A stretch of 54,505 nucleotides of DNA from Trypethelium eluteriae (GCA_051942245.1 JAVECL010000097.1:1-54505), one strand, 5' to 3'. Counted from the stretch's first letter, positions 1-12,932 are shown. The notes: generated by a model from the sequence alone, not told the origin. Program-made: numbers and translations.

Positions 1-1613
1 GGTGGGTGGTGGAGATGGAAGATGAGAGGCTGGTAATTAAGGATTGGAGGGTGTCGTTGCGATGACTTGGTGTTTGCTAGATGTTGGATTTATCCTTGAA
101 GGTTTAGAAGTTTTTCGTTGATGTGGGAGTACTGCATATCTAAGCAGTAGTCTGTACGAGTATGCTGTGTACATATAATGGACTGGATGTAGTACCTCGT
201 AAGGATGACTAAGGTAAGTACGTGTTCTACGTAGGCCTGAATATCTAGAAAATGTATCCTGCCGCGCCTGCACAAACGCCCTTATTCCCTGCTGCTCGCA
301 GTAAATATGAATTTTCGTGAAATGTCCTTAAATTTCCATAGCTCTTGTAAGACTTCAGGAGCCTTAAAATTTCTCAACTATACCCAAAAATTGCGGCCAC
401 TGCAGGGAGCCCAGAAATTGACCACCATTCAACGAAAGCCGCTCCAAGATTTCTTAGCGGCAAATGAAACAATCGCCACGATCAATGGAATGGAACATAT
501 GGGAGATTCCGCCTGGAGCTAGTATTAAACCAATCTATTGGTACTTCGTGCAGAAGTGCTGGCCGTGAGACACATCCAAGGCCTAGACCTCTCTAAGCAA
601 ACCTACACTTGAATCATGGCTGTCTTTACTAGTCGGAATCCCGCAAATAATCCTAAATATAAACTCATCCACTTGGCCCAGATCAAAGCCGACACACTTA
701 ATAGTCACTACTACAAGCTAAAAGAACTCACTTATACCCAGAAAAATGCTAGACCAGAAGCCGGAAGCAGTTTTTTGCTCCGAAGTCCGCACCAAGTTCA
801 TGAGATCTGACTGATGCATTCGCGAGAACAGATCCTTAGGAGCAACTTTGCATGCATAAAAATATCGATCTTACATCCTGTTGACGCTCTGCAGGTCGCC
901 ATGCATTAATGCTTTTTTTGTCATGCTCTTGACCGGTCAACTTGACCGAGCTGCCTGGTAGCTAGTTCAGCCAGGCTACGATCACGTCAAAAGTTGTCCG
1001 ACTCTTTCGCCCAGCGTCAGCGCCCCAGCAGACTTTGCAGAGATGGCGTCTCTGCGTTGAAAGTAGACGATCTTTACGCCGAGGGATTGTGGAGCGTCCG
1101 TGCATATGGCATGATAGTATTTCTAATAAAGCGCACCGCAATGGTTCCACGGCGTCAGTAAGGAAAGAATTGTCGAGCTTGAGGTGGAATACCGGAATGC
1201 TGACTATGTACAAAGTGACCGCCAGTCTCTTTAGACTTCCTTGCTAACGCATGCGCAGGCTAGCACGGGAGCCTCCAAGGCTTGGCCTGCGTAGACTTGA
1301 CTTGGTGTCATGTCGCATCTCGGCTGATCGACTCTGCTAAGAGAGCAGAAGTTCTTTGTATTTTCTCCGAACGTGCATATGCCTGCAGTAGAAGTTGGTA
1401 GAAAAGTACGCTATTCTCGGGTACATCGACTTCTGAGCTGGTCCACTATGGAGCTCACAAGAAAACACGTTGTCGCGCTCTCATGAAAAGGGCGAAAAGT
1501 ATGTCAGTGCACTCGTACCAATTACCAGATTCGTGGAGCATGTCTCACGTCATCCCGACTGCAGCCTCGTGGAGAAAGCGATACGAACGATGCGACCGCA
1601 GGCCAATTCAAAT

Positions 1614-1661
1614 GTGGATGTCAAGCCCAGTGGATGTCAGGCCCAGTGGATGCCGAGCCCA
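1614..1661. repeat. 16-bp minisatellite, 3 copies
   Basis: GTGGATGTCAAGCCCA / GTGGATGTCAGGCCCA / GTGGATGCCGAGCCCA in tandem. Confidence 0.85.
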
Positions 1662-3162
1662 GTTGGCGCAAAGGCGTCCGGGGACTGCTCAAGGATGCCC
1701 CGAGAGATCAACTAGCTCGAGACCAGTAAAGAATAGTGAGTGACACCATGTGCTCCAGATGCCGTGCTGGTGCTTCCTTGTCGTGAACACATCAGTCTTC
1801 CAGAAGACGCCAGCAAAAGGGGGCAGCGGAGGCAGGCGAGGCAGGTCCGGAAATGGGCGCCGCAACGCCTCATCCGTGTTCACCTGATGGGCTAATCGTC
1901 AATTTATTCTACTCTCGGTATGTCCGGCTGCAGTGAGCATGCTGCCTGGCTGCGAAAGACGCAAACATCAATTTTCTTGACACATAATATCAAAAATGAC
2001 AGAGGTGAGATGATGATCATGTCTGAAGTCTTATGCCAAGGGTGCCAAGGGTGCTCCCTCGTGTTGGTGAGGAAAAAGCAAGAAGATCGGCCAAGGTACT
2101 CCATCCTTGGAAGTGACAAGGAGCCATGCCGCTAGATGCTGCAACTTTCTCTGCTGGCGTGTCCGACCGATTGGTTTGGCCCGTTTTGGGTCGTGCTCGG
2201 TGTCGTGGGTGTTCAGAGTGAGCTTCACCTTCGATCCCACTTTAATTTTTTTTTTCTGCCTGGTCGCACCAAGTGACGACCAATTATCGCGGTACACCTT
2301 AAAAGGACAGCTCTAAGTCAACATGACGGCTGAATTGGCACAACTGACACATCCACCCATCGTTCCTCCGCCATCATCCCTTCCCCAGAGCCAGAATTCG
2401 ATAGATCTGCTGCAGGTCGCGGCAACGACAGAAGTCTAAAGGACAAGGACCACCAGGACTGTTCGCGGGGTATTCGTATTTTTAGAAACCCCAGTGAAGC
2501 CAAACGGGCCGTCTTACCCTGACCGAAGAGCTCACTTCCCACGTTGTTTACGCCGTATGAAGGATTTCTCCAGACGCCACTCCCATCATCGCGCACCCTC
2601 CGCCTAGGTCAGTAATGCCGCGCCTTTCTTCCTACTCGCTTGGACGGGCGATCCCTCTCGTCGGCCAGGGAGGTACCGTAGGGCTCCGCTCTTGGCCATC
2701 GCTTATTAGCAGGGCGGGTCAAGGTTCCTGTTCCTGTTCCTTGCCAATGACGCCGCTGCTGCTCTCCACTTTTGCGCGCGCGGAAAGCCCTTGCCACCGC
2801 TGCTCGAGCTTTTCAGCCATCATTGGCCCGGGGAATCACATCCCAGATGCACTTCACGTTAAGGGCGCTCTGGCTGCCACATCTAGTTCCTAGTTCCCCT
2901 AATATTTCGTATCCGGAAGCTCAGCGCTGTCGCCTCAATGTGCTCGCGCCAGCGCTCCGTGAGAGGGATACAAGAAGGGATCGCCTGCTCACATGGAGGC
3001 ATGGTAGGAGATCTTGGTTGCTCGACTCGTTCCCCAGATTTCCTCTCTCCTTGTCCTCGTTTCTTTACCCTGTCATAGTTCAAGAGGCTCTTAATACCTT
3101 CAAGGCTCCCCTGCTTAATGACCTTCCTTCTTTAGGGTGTGCATACCAAATCTCTTTCCATC

Positions 3163-5206
3163 ATGAGGGCATCTACTTTCCTATTGTACCTTACCACTCT
3201 AATACCATCTATAATCGCAACTCCCATCGCCGACTGGCCTAATGAGAACGAGGCTCTCAATGTCCTCGAAGAGCGCGCCAGCACGTTTGCAATCACCGGA
3301 GTACCTGGAAATGTCTATCCGCGGCTGGAGGTTCGACAAATGGCCAGCCAACAGCCGAACCAATTCACGCTTCTACTGCTGGGCATGCAACAGTTCATGG
3401 CCCAACCTCAAGCCAATCAGCTCTCATACTACCAGATTGCCGGTATTCATGGCGTTCCTAGAGTCAATTGGGATGGTGTAGGCCAGTGTGCTTCTTGTTC
3501 AGGGACTGACGGGTATTGCACTCACAATTCCGTGCTTTTTCCAGCATGGCATCGGGCATACATGGCTCTCTTCGAGCAAGAATTCATGGCTGCTGTCAAC
3601 ACCATTGCGGCCTCCTTCACGAATGCTGCTCAAAAGTCGGCCATGCAGGCGGCCGCTTCAACAATGAGATTTCCATATTGGGACTGGGCTGCGATCCCTC
3701 CCTCAGGCGGTCCGAATCTACCAGCGATCGTCAGCAACAAATACGTGAATGTAACGAACCCGAATGGAGCAGTCACACAGATAATCAATCCCCTCTTTCG
3801 ACATGACTTCCAATCAACCAGCGATTTGGTGTATAGCCCATTCGTAACCTGGAATGTCACCCTTCGGTATCCAAGCAGCAATACTCCGACGGCTTTCAGC
3901 GTCGAGGCCAATGCTACAGCAGCATTTGACAATATTCGCTCCAGTCTGCAAGACCAGATTTACCAAATGTTTTCCACGTGTACCGATTACTTGCACTTCA
4001 GTAATGATGATGCTGGCTCCAGTACCACTACATGTTCGAACAGTCTGGAGGCCATCCACAACACGGTCCATGATGTAGCAGGCGGAGGTACTTCCACAAC
4101 CAGCGGTGGTCACATGACATATCTATCCGAGGCATCGTTTGATCCCATCTTTTGGCTTCACCATATGAACGTCGATCGTTTCTTCGCTCTGTGGCAAGCT
4201 ATTCATCCCAATAGCTATGGAGCATCTCAAGTTGCTTCGGGCGCGACCTGGACCATAGCTCAAGGATCCACTCAAAATGCCAACTCTCGTAAGTTCCCGC
4301 ACTTTTCGCCATTGACTTCTGAGTCTCTCAAGATGTCTCAAAATTAGTATATTTTACTGACCGCGAATAACAACAGCACTGACACCATTCCACCGCGATA
4401 CCACTGGCGACTTCTGGACGACCAACCTCGTCCGCAACTGGTCTACTACATTCCACTACACCTACCCCGAATTTGCCGACAGCAACGGTTCCCCTGCTGC
4501 TATCAACTCCTACATCAACAAGCTCTACGGCCCCAGCGCCACCGCCACTGCCGGCTCCTCTAAACGCACCGTCGAGGTCCTTGCCGACGCTGACATCGTC
4601 CCCCGCGCCGCCTTCGCCGAGCCCACCGCCGCGCCATCACCGGCACCAGAGCCCGAATTCGCCCCAGTTCTCTCCGAGCGCGCCGCCAACGGCCGGCTCG
4701 CCAGCAACGGCAGCTCCTACCAATACGTAGCGAACATCAAGACGTCGCGATACTCGCTCGACGGCTCCTACAACATCTACCTCTTCCTCGGCAACCCGAC
4801 GAGCGAGAATCCGGCGTCCTGGGTGCTCGACCGCAACCTCATCGGCACCCAGGGCATCTTCTCGCAGCCCGGTATGGACATGACGAACATGGACCCGAAC
4901 GTCGTCGTCTCGGGCTCCATCCCGCTGACGCGCGCCCTCACCGCGAAGCTGTCGGGTGGTTTGCTCGGGTCGCTGGCGGAAACGGTGGTGGCGCCGTTTT
5001 TGGCGCAGGCGCTTGAGTGGAGGATTCAGGGCCCGGATGGCTCGTCCGTCGATCCGAATACGGTGCCCAGCTTTGAGGTCAGCGTCATTGCGAGTACGAG
5101 CACGCAGCCGGCGAGCGCGGCGGAGCTGCCGGTGTGGAGCGTGCCGACGGTGTTGGAGACTGTGACGCACGGGAAGCCGGGGGGGTTGAATGCCTCTGCG
5201 AGCTGA
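3163..5206 (+). CDS. Secreted tyrosinase (type-3 copper protein) with C-terminal shielding domain; 2 exons (3163-4288, 4377-5206)
   Basis: Signal peptide MRASTFLLYLTTLIPSIIA. CuA motif HGVP..YCTHNSVLFPAWHR and CuB motif HNTVH..DPIFWLHHMNVDR. Intron GTAAGT 4289..4376 CAG joins to PLTPFH..HYTYPEF (tyrosine motif). Stop at 5206. Confidence 0.93.
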
Positions 5207-6900
5207 GAACTGGGTGGGGGAGAGTGACTGTGAAAGTATAAAACTGGAAGGATCAAGGAGTGCTGAAATGGCTTGCTGCAGTTCTATGTAATTGTTTGTT
5301 GTCTCTTGCTACTTATGGCTAGTCACAACGAAAAAATGGCAACTGATTCTAGACTCGGGGTGGGATGGGATTCATGATAATGCACTATTAGGACAGCATG
5401 AAGCTGCGAGCTAAACTTTAAGTCCTAATATAATGGTATCAATTACAAGGAACTGTATTTATCATGCCCATTTGAAGTTGTGCACGTATTGGAGGAAACT
5501 GCGAGATCGTTCGCCGTACACCCATCATCGGCGATCATGCTGTTACTCTTTCTCTGACCTGATCGCTGTTCCACTTCGGGTTATCGTGCTGAAGTAATTG
5601 GGTGAGTACATTCCACTAGGAATCGGGCTATTCCTCGAAGGCTCAAATCCATCTTCTGGAACCCCATTGACTTAATTGCTGTACCTCGACTATCTGTAAG
5701 GCCAGCAAAGTCTTCGCAGATAAGTTCACCATGACGTTGCGTTCCTGCTGAGTCTTGCTTACGGTGTATCAAGAACAGAGGAAACTTTCAAGACGGGCTC
5801 AAGGATATTATCATAAGTTATGTGCGCCAGCCTCAAATAGGCGCTGGTTCGTAGCTCTGGACCCACTGCCACACCGGGCTTCTTGTACATCTTTCCTCCT
5901 TTCCAAACTTTGCTGTTGCTCAAACAGCGGATGGTACATCTAGACAACAGCAGCAGTATGCCGTATCGTGTAGTACTGTGAGCCTGGATGGCCGGCTCCT
6001 AGCAGACGAACAGGAAATGCTGCGTGGCTGTCAACTATTGGTGACTTTCAAGTCATCTGGCCAAATTACGGCAGGCGAGATGGACAAGAAGCCCTTTGGA
6101 GCGTCGGCCACAAGCGTCGGCCACCTACCTCGTCACACATGGTGCCCTGCTAATATGCAGTGTTATCCCACGGCTTTTGGAGCCTCTTGAACGCCGTAAT
6201 CGCAGATTGTGAAGGGTAATACGTCGCCGTTGTGATGGGAACGATGTTGTAGTGAGTACAGATGTTGGTTCACAAGAGCTATGGCGATCGCATGACGTTC
6301 TATCAATTTTTGCCGTCGTGCAGAAGGCACAGTCGTAACGACAACTAGCTCCTTTGAGTATCGTGAACAGGTCTACGCTGGATGCGATGAACAGCAAGCT
6401 CTCGAGATTGCGTTCATGAGCAAATCGCCGGGGCGTTACATTTATGGTTGCTCGCCTACGAAATCGTTACACATTGGTGAGGCTTCTTGGATATAAGCAT
6501 GAGTGCTACGTGAGCGATCGGTATGGATTCTAATCGGGAAATTACGGCTGACGAAGGATACCAACTGCCGTGAAAATTTATTGCTCTGCCCATTGAGTGA
6601 AGAAGTACGAAGTAGCAAAGTCCGTATAATGTAAAGATCACCAGAGTCTCTTGTGCTATACGTGTACGGGGCAAGCTGGCTTGATAGCTTTTTGGGATTC
6701 CGCATAATGGTAGCTTGTGACCTACGTTCTCAGGATATCGGTAGTATATACTTGTGTAGAACTGAGAAAAGGGAGAAACATCTCGACTGTTTGTGTAGGA
6801 GTAAGGGCTGAATTTGGCAATGCTTCAGAAATTAGAATTAACTTATCTATCAAATCAAATAACACATTCTTCCAATGTCCCCAAGCTGCACGGTCTCCTT

Positions 6901-7893
6901 TCAAGAAGGCAAGCACGACAAAATCCCACTCAACTTACTCAGCACCGTCTGCTGCTCCGTCGCGGTCGCATCCAGTTTCGTATCCGCATGACCAACGCTG
7001 ATACTCGCATAGCACCCACTGCTCGTATCTACAACCGTCGTCTCCGTCGGCAACCTTCCGCCATTCCCACACGTTGTCACATCCTTTCCGCTGATCAACG
7101 TCGCTGTGTTGATGCGACTCAGTACAAATCGAAACTGGCTTGTACTCGTACAGCTTGTGCCCGATCCCGCCGGCGGGAAATTCACGTTCAGCCAGATATT
7201 CGCGGGGAGATACGGCTTCCCTGACGCAACCAGCGTGTTTGTGACATTCGTCGATAGGTCGGCGTAGATGGCGGAGTAGGCGGGCACCGGATTGACATTC
7301 CAGGCTGTTTGGCTTCCTGTCGTGCCGCTGAATGCTAGGCCTGGGATGCCTTCCTTGCTCGCTTCGGTAGCAGCGCCGACGGTGCCGGAGATTTGGGTGG
7401 TGAGACCGAGGTTTGCACCAACGTTGGGGCCCGCGACAGCGATGTCGACGGAGGAAGGGTCGGAGAAGTAGGTGTTGGAAAGGTTCTGGATGCCGTACCG
7501 GATGGAAGTGACGGGATAGGAGTTCACGTAGTTGAAACGCGGCATTGAGGCATTGTTTCCGATGGCGGGGCTACCGGAGGGGCAAGAGTTGAATTCGCAA
7601 GCGGAGGAAAGGCGTGTGGGCGTTGCATCGCTAGAACCTGGGAAAGCGATATCAGCTGCTTGAAAAAGATTGCAGGATACAGGCCTGAAACGGATGGAGT
7701 TCGAACGTAAAAGGTACGTACCTGTTCCCGACTCATTTTCAGCTGGCGCAGAGAGGATGACAGAATTATCGGAGCCGGTCAACGCATTGTAGAATTGCCT
7801 AATATTTATTTCGGCCCAGCCATCGTCGTTGGAGAGAACGACGTTGACGGCTTGGGTAAGGACAGGGAGAAGAGCGAGAGTAATGAGATGCAT
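6901..7893 (-). CDS. Secreted SurE-family 5'/3'-nucleotidase / acid phosphatase; one 84-nt intron (7638-7721)
   Basis: Signal peptide followed by VVLSNDDGW, SAPAENESGTG, GPNVGANLG and SGTVGAA, the SurE motifs. Confidence 0.9.
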   Translation of the reverse strand: MHLITLALLPVLTQAVNVVLSNDDGWAEINIRQFYNALTGSDNSVILSAPAENESGTGTYLLRSNSIRFRPVSCNLFQAADIAFPGSSDATPTRLSSACEFNSCPSGSPAIGNNASMPRFNYVNSYPVTSIRYGIQNLSNTYFSDPSSVDIAVAGPNVGANLGLTTQISGTVGAATEASKEGIPGLAFSGTTGSQTAWNVNPVPAYSAIYADLSTNVTNTLVASGKPYLPANIWLNVNFPPAGSGTSCTSTSQFRFVLSRINTATLISGKDVTTCGNGGRLPTETTVVDTSSGCYASISVGHADTKLDATATEQQTVLSKLSGILSCLPS

Positions 7894-8774
7894 CTCCAAA
7901 CAAACGAATCTTGCCTATTAAAATTTCTAGAGAAGGATGAACGTCCAGGACGATAATCGCGTATCGCAGACCTTTTAAATATCCGCCATAGGTGAGTCCC
8001 CAAGAGGGTTCTCGTCCACGTCCCGGTACTCACCAGGTAGATAGTCTTGGTTTCCTGTGGGGTTCCTACATTAGCTCTGGCACGATCCCACGTTTACTCT
8101 CTGCTTATTCCCCTTGGACGAACTCTCCATCCCTCACGCTTCGAGCACGTGTAGCTGGGAGCCTGCGTTGAATGGGATGAGGAAGCTGGCTAGCATTCGA
8201 GGATGCTTGAGCCTCCTTCCTCATGCAGCGAACATGGCCACGAACGCACGGTTTGTGCGGAAAAGAAAGGAGGTTCCATGCCGTCATCACATATTGGAGG
8301 GATGATTGTTCGGTCTGGAAAGCGATGCGGGCAAGATAACTTAGGCGGCTACATCTGTACCCTGTTGCTTTGATAGGGGAAACAGGCTCAATGAACGATC
8401 GAAAATCTCGGGTTTATGGCTAAGATTCTTCTGCTAACTTCCCTTCCCCATCATGTCTCAAGCCCCTGCTCCGTAAAATCACATGATGCTGACGACCCCG
8501 GGCAGTGCGGCTCTTAGTGCCTTTACTCTGTATGATCCATGCAGCAAGCTGGCCGACGAGTCGCAAATCTCGACGCGCAATCAACTTGGGTGGTCCGTAT
8601 GCAGGTCGTTGAGGGATGCGCATTGATGAGAGTCGTACGGCGAAGACATTGATAGCCTTGGTAGGAACTCGGCTGACGACCGGGTGGCGACCGGCAATGT
8701 GTGGCCATGTTTTTGAATAGATAAGTACGTAAGGTAGTTTACAGTAGCCGTTCTAAGCTGTTCGTCAAGCCTAC

Positions 8775-10425
8775 CTATACACCTAGCGTATGCTTAATTC
8801 TCCTTCGCAGCCCCCTCTCCCTGAGCATCTGTGGCTTTCCCCCAAGATAGAGCCAGGACAGTATTGCTGTGAGTGCGCAAATACCTGCAACTACGGCATT
8901 CATGTCTCCGTACCCAATTGTGTCTGTGAGACCTCCGGCTATGAGCGGACCTAGCGTCAATCCTGCACTGAAAACCATACTGTTGATTCCGTAAAGTTGA
9001 GCGTAGGGACCTTCAGCGCCGAAAAATTCCGGGTTCGTCTCATAGTATTTCTGCACCACAGCACCAGATTCTACAATGCTGGGGGCGCCAATGACAGCCA
9101 AACCAATGCCGCACAATGCAAGCAATCCTCCGTAAAGAATGACTTGTTTCATGTCGCCGTCATGTGGGAGACGAAGGAGACCAAAGATGGGGACAAGAAA
9201 AGCATAGCCAAAAACAGCTGCAGGTTTGACACCGTATCGATCGACGGCCCAGCCAGCAAGCGGACCCAGAACAAGGTCGAAGACTCCCAATGGAATGAAC
9301 AGGAGACCTGATTCCAGTGAGGAGAAGCCGAAAAGGCTCTGGGCGTGTGTTGGAACAGTAGCATCAAAGGTAGATAGAGTTGTCGCTTGGATGAAGGCGA
9401 CAAGGAAGGCGCAAAGTAGGGAAGGTGAACGGAATGTAGCCAACAAAGGAACTTTGCGAGCTATCCATGGCATGTCCTCCGGCAACTTGTATTCTTCGCT
9501 TTCTTTTTTCTTTCCAAGAAGAGGGCTGTCCTCACCATATGGTGGCGGCGCTTCACCATTCTCATCATCATGCTGTGGATGCCACTCCGGGTCTGTGTCG
9601 TCTGGAGTAGAGTGAGATGTAGTTTGCTGAAGATCGCCTTGGTTTGGATCGTTCTTCTTATATCGTGCCGCAACCTTCTTCTCAATGACTAAAAGTCGCA
9701 TAATGAAATCGATGGCGAGTACGGCAAACCCAATACCAAAGACACCTGGATACCCAGTTTTGTCGTATAAAACGCCTCCGAGGACTGGGGCAGCAAGATT
9801 ACCCACCGAGATGAAGCTAAAGATCTTAAGCAATGTAAGCGTCGCTTCAGTAATGAATGTAGCCATTAGGGCATACCGATCCAATTGTCTTGCCAAGATT
9901 CTCTGGTCCAACGGTCTCCAAACACAAAGCAAGCCCTATCGTCCATACCATGGCGGCACTGATTCCCTGGAAGACACGAGCCACGGTAAGGACGGTAATG
10001 CTTCGCCCAAGGAACAAGAGGATGGTGGCCAACAACAGTGAAAAGAGGCCACCAAGGAAGGGTGCTTGTCGTGTAGATACCTTGTCTGCAAGTACACCTG
10101 CCAGGGGAGAACCTAGGACAGATGCACCTGCATATGCAGCTAGTAGTGCAGAAACCTGGCTTTGAATCTGGTCCTCAGGAACACCAACCCTTTGCCCTAA
10201 CATGTAGGGAAGAACGGGTACAATCAGACCGTATAGGAAGAGGTCGGTGAACAGACCGACAGCAACAGTGGCTATTACGAAGAAAGTATTTGAGCGCCAG
10301 TGAAGGCCGGCAGGTTTGACGCTATAGTCATGATTGAGCTGTAGGGTACTGAGAACCTTCTTGAACGGAAAGCCTGCCTTATCAATAGAACTGTGTGGAC
10401 TATCTTCAGACTGGGATTGAGGCAT
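8775..10425 (-). CDS. MFS transporter (vesicular amine transporter-like / DHA1-type); one intron near 9827-9876
   Basis: Many TM helices; TDLFLYGLIVPVLP, ARVFQGISAA and GWAVDRYG motifs. The two ORFs are joined by GTATGC..AAG (TIGS|IFSFIS). Confidence 0.88.
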
Positions 10426-10844
10426 GGCGAAGGCTGGAAACCGGAGAGGACAGCCAGAGTGAGGAAAACAGAGGTGAGGAAGTAAAAAGATTCGCACAGA
10501 TTCGCACCTACGTGAAGGCGATGTCGATCAGGTACGACAAAGTGATGACCTCATTGGCTCAAATCTGACAGATCGGAAGCTTCCGAGCGAATTGTATGGT
10601 GGCATCGATATCAGGGTTGCAGCCCTACCCATCTCTCCAATATCTATCGAAAAGGAATGATGCTCCCATCTCACGGACCTTTGAAGACTCAGCAAGTGCA
10701 GGAGGTGGATTCGTGTCACGAAATGCGGAGTTGAGGCCTTGATGGACGATCAAGCCCTTGTGCCTGTGCGCACTGACCACTTCGCGACTCTGATCTTCAA
10801 GCTGCACCAGAACTTTTGAGCCTCCACCATCCTCCAATGCGACA

Positions 10845-11766
10845 ATGGCGACAGTAGGGGCTATCCCGGCTGAAACGCCGCCTAATCAAACGTGAGAAAC
10901 TTTTAGGTATATTTTGATCTTCTGCTGACTTCATCATAGAGTATATGTACAGTCTTAGCCTGATCTACAAAGTCGCCCACATGAATGCTAATGATTACCA
11001 GGTCCGCAACTTAGAAGAGCGCGTCAAACCCGAGGAGCTGAAAGAAGCATTAAATGAGGTGTTTTCAACGTTTGGTACCATCATCGATATTGTCGCCAAG
11101 CGTAATCTGAGGGCAAAGGGCCAAGCCTTCGTCGTCTATGACTCGGTGGAATCAGCGCAGGAGGCCATAGACGAGATCCAAGGTTTCGAGCTTTTTGAGA
11201 AGCCCATGCAATTGGACTTCGCAAGGACGAAAAGCGATGCAATAGTTCAACAGGAGGGTACGGACGAGGAATTTGAAATACACAAGCGGAGGAGGCTTGC
11301 TGAGAAAGGTAACTACCTCGCCGTTGCGCACGAGAGATTGAACGCATGAGAAGGCTGATAGATGATTCAAGAGCGAAAGCAAGCAGTCGCTGCCCAAGAA
11401 GAGCAGAAGAAGCTCAAGCGGCCAGCGCCTGGTGCTCCTGAACCTGCTCCGACCAAACCTATCAAATCAGCCAAAGGTGCTGGTCTCAAATCTACTGGCG
11501 GTCCTACAGCAGTCGTTCCAGACGAATACCTACCACCGAACAAGATTTTGTTTGTCCAGAACTTGCCCGAGGGGTACGATGTCGATAGTCTGACAGCAAT
11601 CTTCGGTCGCTTTGAGGGCTTCAGGGAAGTCCGTTTGGTGCCTGGTAGAAAGGGAATATCATTCGTGGAGTATGAGAATGAAGCTGGAGCAATCAGTGCA
11701 AAGGAGAATACGGCTGGAATGACCTTGGGCGATCAACCGATCAAGGTCACGTTCCAGCGGCAGTGA
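10845..11766 (+). CDS. U1A/U2B''-family snRNP protein with two RRMs; includes a 7-nt exon (10940-10946)
   Basis: Spliced PPNQTVYVRNLEE, then AKGQAFVVY (RNP1), MQLDFARTKSD, and C-terminal RRM PPNKILFVQNLP..EVRLVPGRKGISFVEY. Confidence 0.92.
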
Positions 11767-11942
11767 TTGACTTCCATCAGTTCAGGTACTAGCCACGGCA
11801 GGCGTTTCGATGGCTATGGAACTACTGCATGTAAGAGTAGCCTAATGGGTTATTTGAAGCCCATTGAAAACTGAATGACAGCATGAAAACACTATGCTAC
11901 ATGAATATTGACGCGCTCCCACTCAACTATAGAATTAGAAAC

Positions 11943-12932
11943 CTAGAAAATGACATCTTCGTCATTCTGCTCACCCAGCACATCATTCGTTCGCTGCCCC
12001 TCATTTTCTTTGTCGCTGCCTCTTCGGCTCTCCTTCGCTCGCTCTGCATCTGCAGCCGCAGCATCCCTTTCTTTCTTCCCCGATACCTTTTTCAACCGGT
12101 AAAACTCTTCTCTGTCCATCTCGTCTAGCTCCGCGTTGATGTACTTGATCGTATTCTCCGTCCTCGGTATGATGACGTGCTCACTACCACCACGTTAGCA
12201 TGGCATCTTCTACCACACCCTTCCACTTCCACCACTTACATCGCATTCACCCTTCGATTCACCACCTTAATCACCTCGTCCAGTATCACAAACGCCGTCT
12301 GCAGACTCGCCAGCTCCACCAGCGTCTCTACCGCCCGAGCATATGTCTCACGACAGCGCTGCACCTGCTGACCACCCTTCCCCAAGCCCGTGAGCCCAAA
12401 ATCGTTGCTGCCTTCTTCCTGGAAGCTCTCGAACTGCGGCAGGAACACACCCGACACATTCTCCTGCCGCGTCCGTACCCGGAAGCGCGCGCTCTTGACG
12501 GACTCAATGATTTGGTAGGAGATGTCGGACCCCGCGGCGTAGGTGACTTCGGCGAGGGCGAAGGAGGCGATCTGCATGACGCGGCCCATCTTGCGTTTGG
12601 CTTCATCGATGCGGCGCGTGATTTCTGAGGAGAAGCACTGTGAGCAGGGGGGAAGAGTAGTGAGAAGTGGGGAAACGGAGGGCTGGGTCACCTCGGAAGC
12701 GTCTTGAAATTACGCGTTAGCAACGACTTGAATGGAGATAGAAGGGCGGTACATACTTGGTCAACGCCTCACTTTTCCTCTTGAGCAAGTCGTGGCCGGT
12801 CTGAGCACCCTTCAGCTTGCTCTTCATCATTCCTAGCGATTGCCGGGTGGGAAAGACAGCCTCTCTTTGCTAGGTATGCTCATTAACATTTGATGCGGGC
12901 GGCGGTTGTTCTGTAAAACGTACCCCGCTCAT
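11943..12932 (-). CDS. VMA8: V-type H+-ATPase V1 subunit D
   Basis: Spliced [93 protein letters not shown]; ends EDVIF*. Confidence 0.95.

Noticed and set aside
37..3100. Many short ORFs upstream of the tyrosinase
   Set aside because: No recognisable motifs or consistent exon structure; treated as intergenic.
4473..5256. Pro/Arg-rich overlapping ORFs in tyrosinase exon 2
   Set aside because: Alternative-frame and antisense shadows of GC-rich coding sequence.
5581..6705. Short ORFs and a small direct repeat (AGCGTCGGCCAC x2 near 6100-6124)
   Set aside because: No family motifs, and the repeat is too short to interpret.
3163..10425. Tyrosinase, SurE and first MFS as members of the PKS cluster
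   Set aside because: Separated from the PKS by three housekeeping genes; no evidence of linkage.
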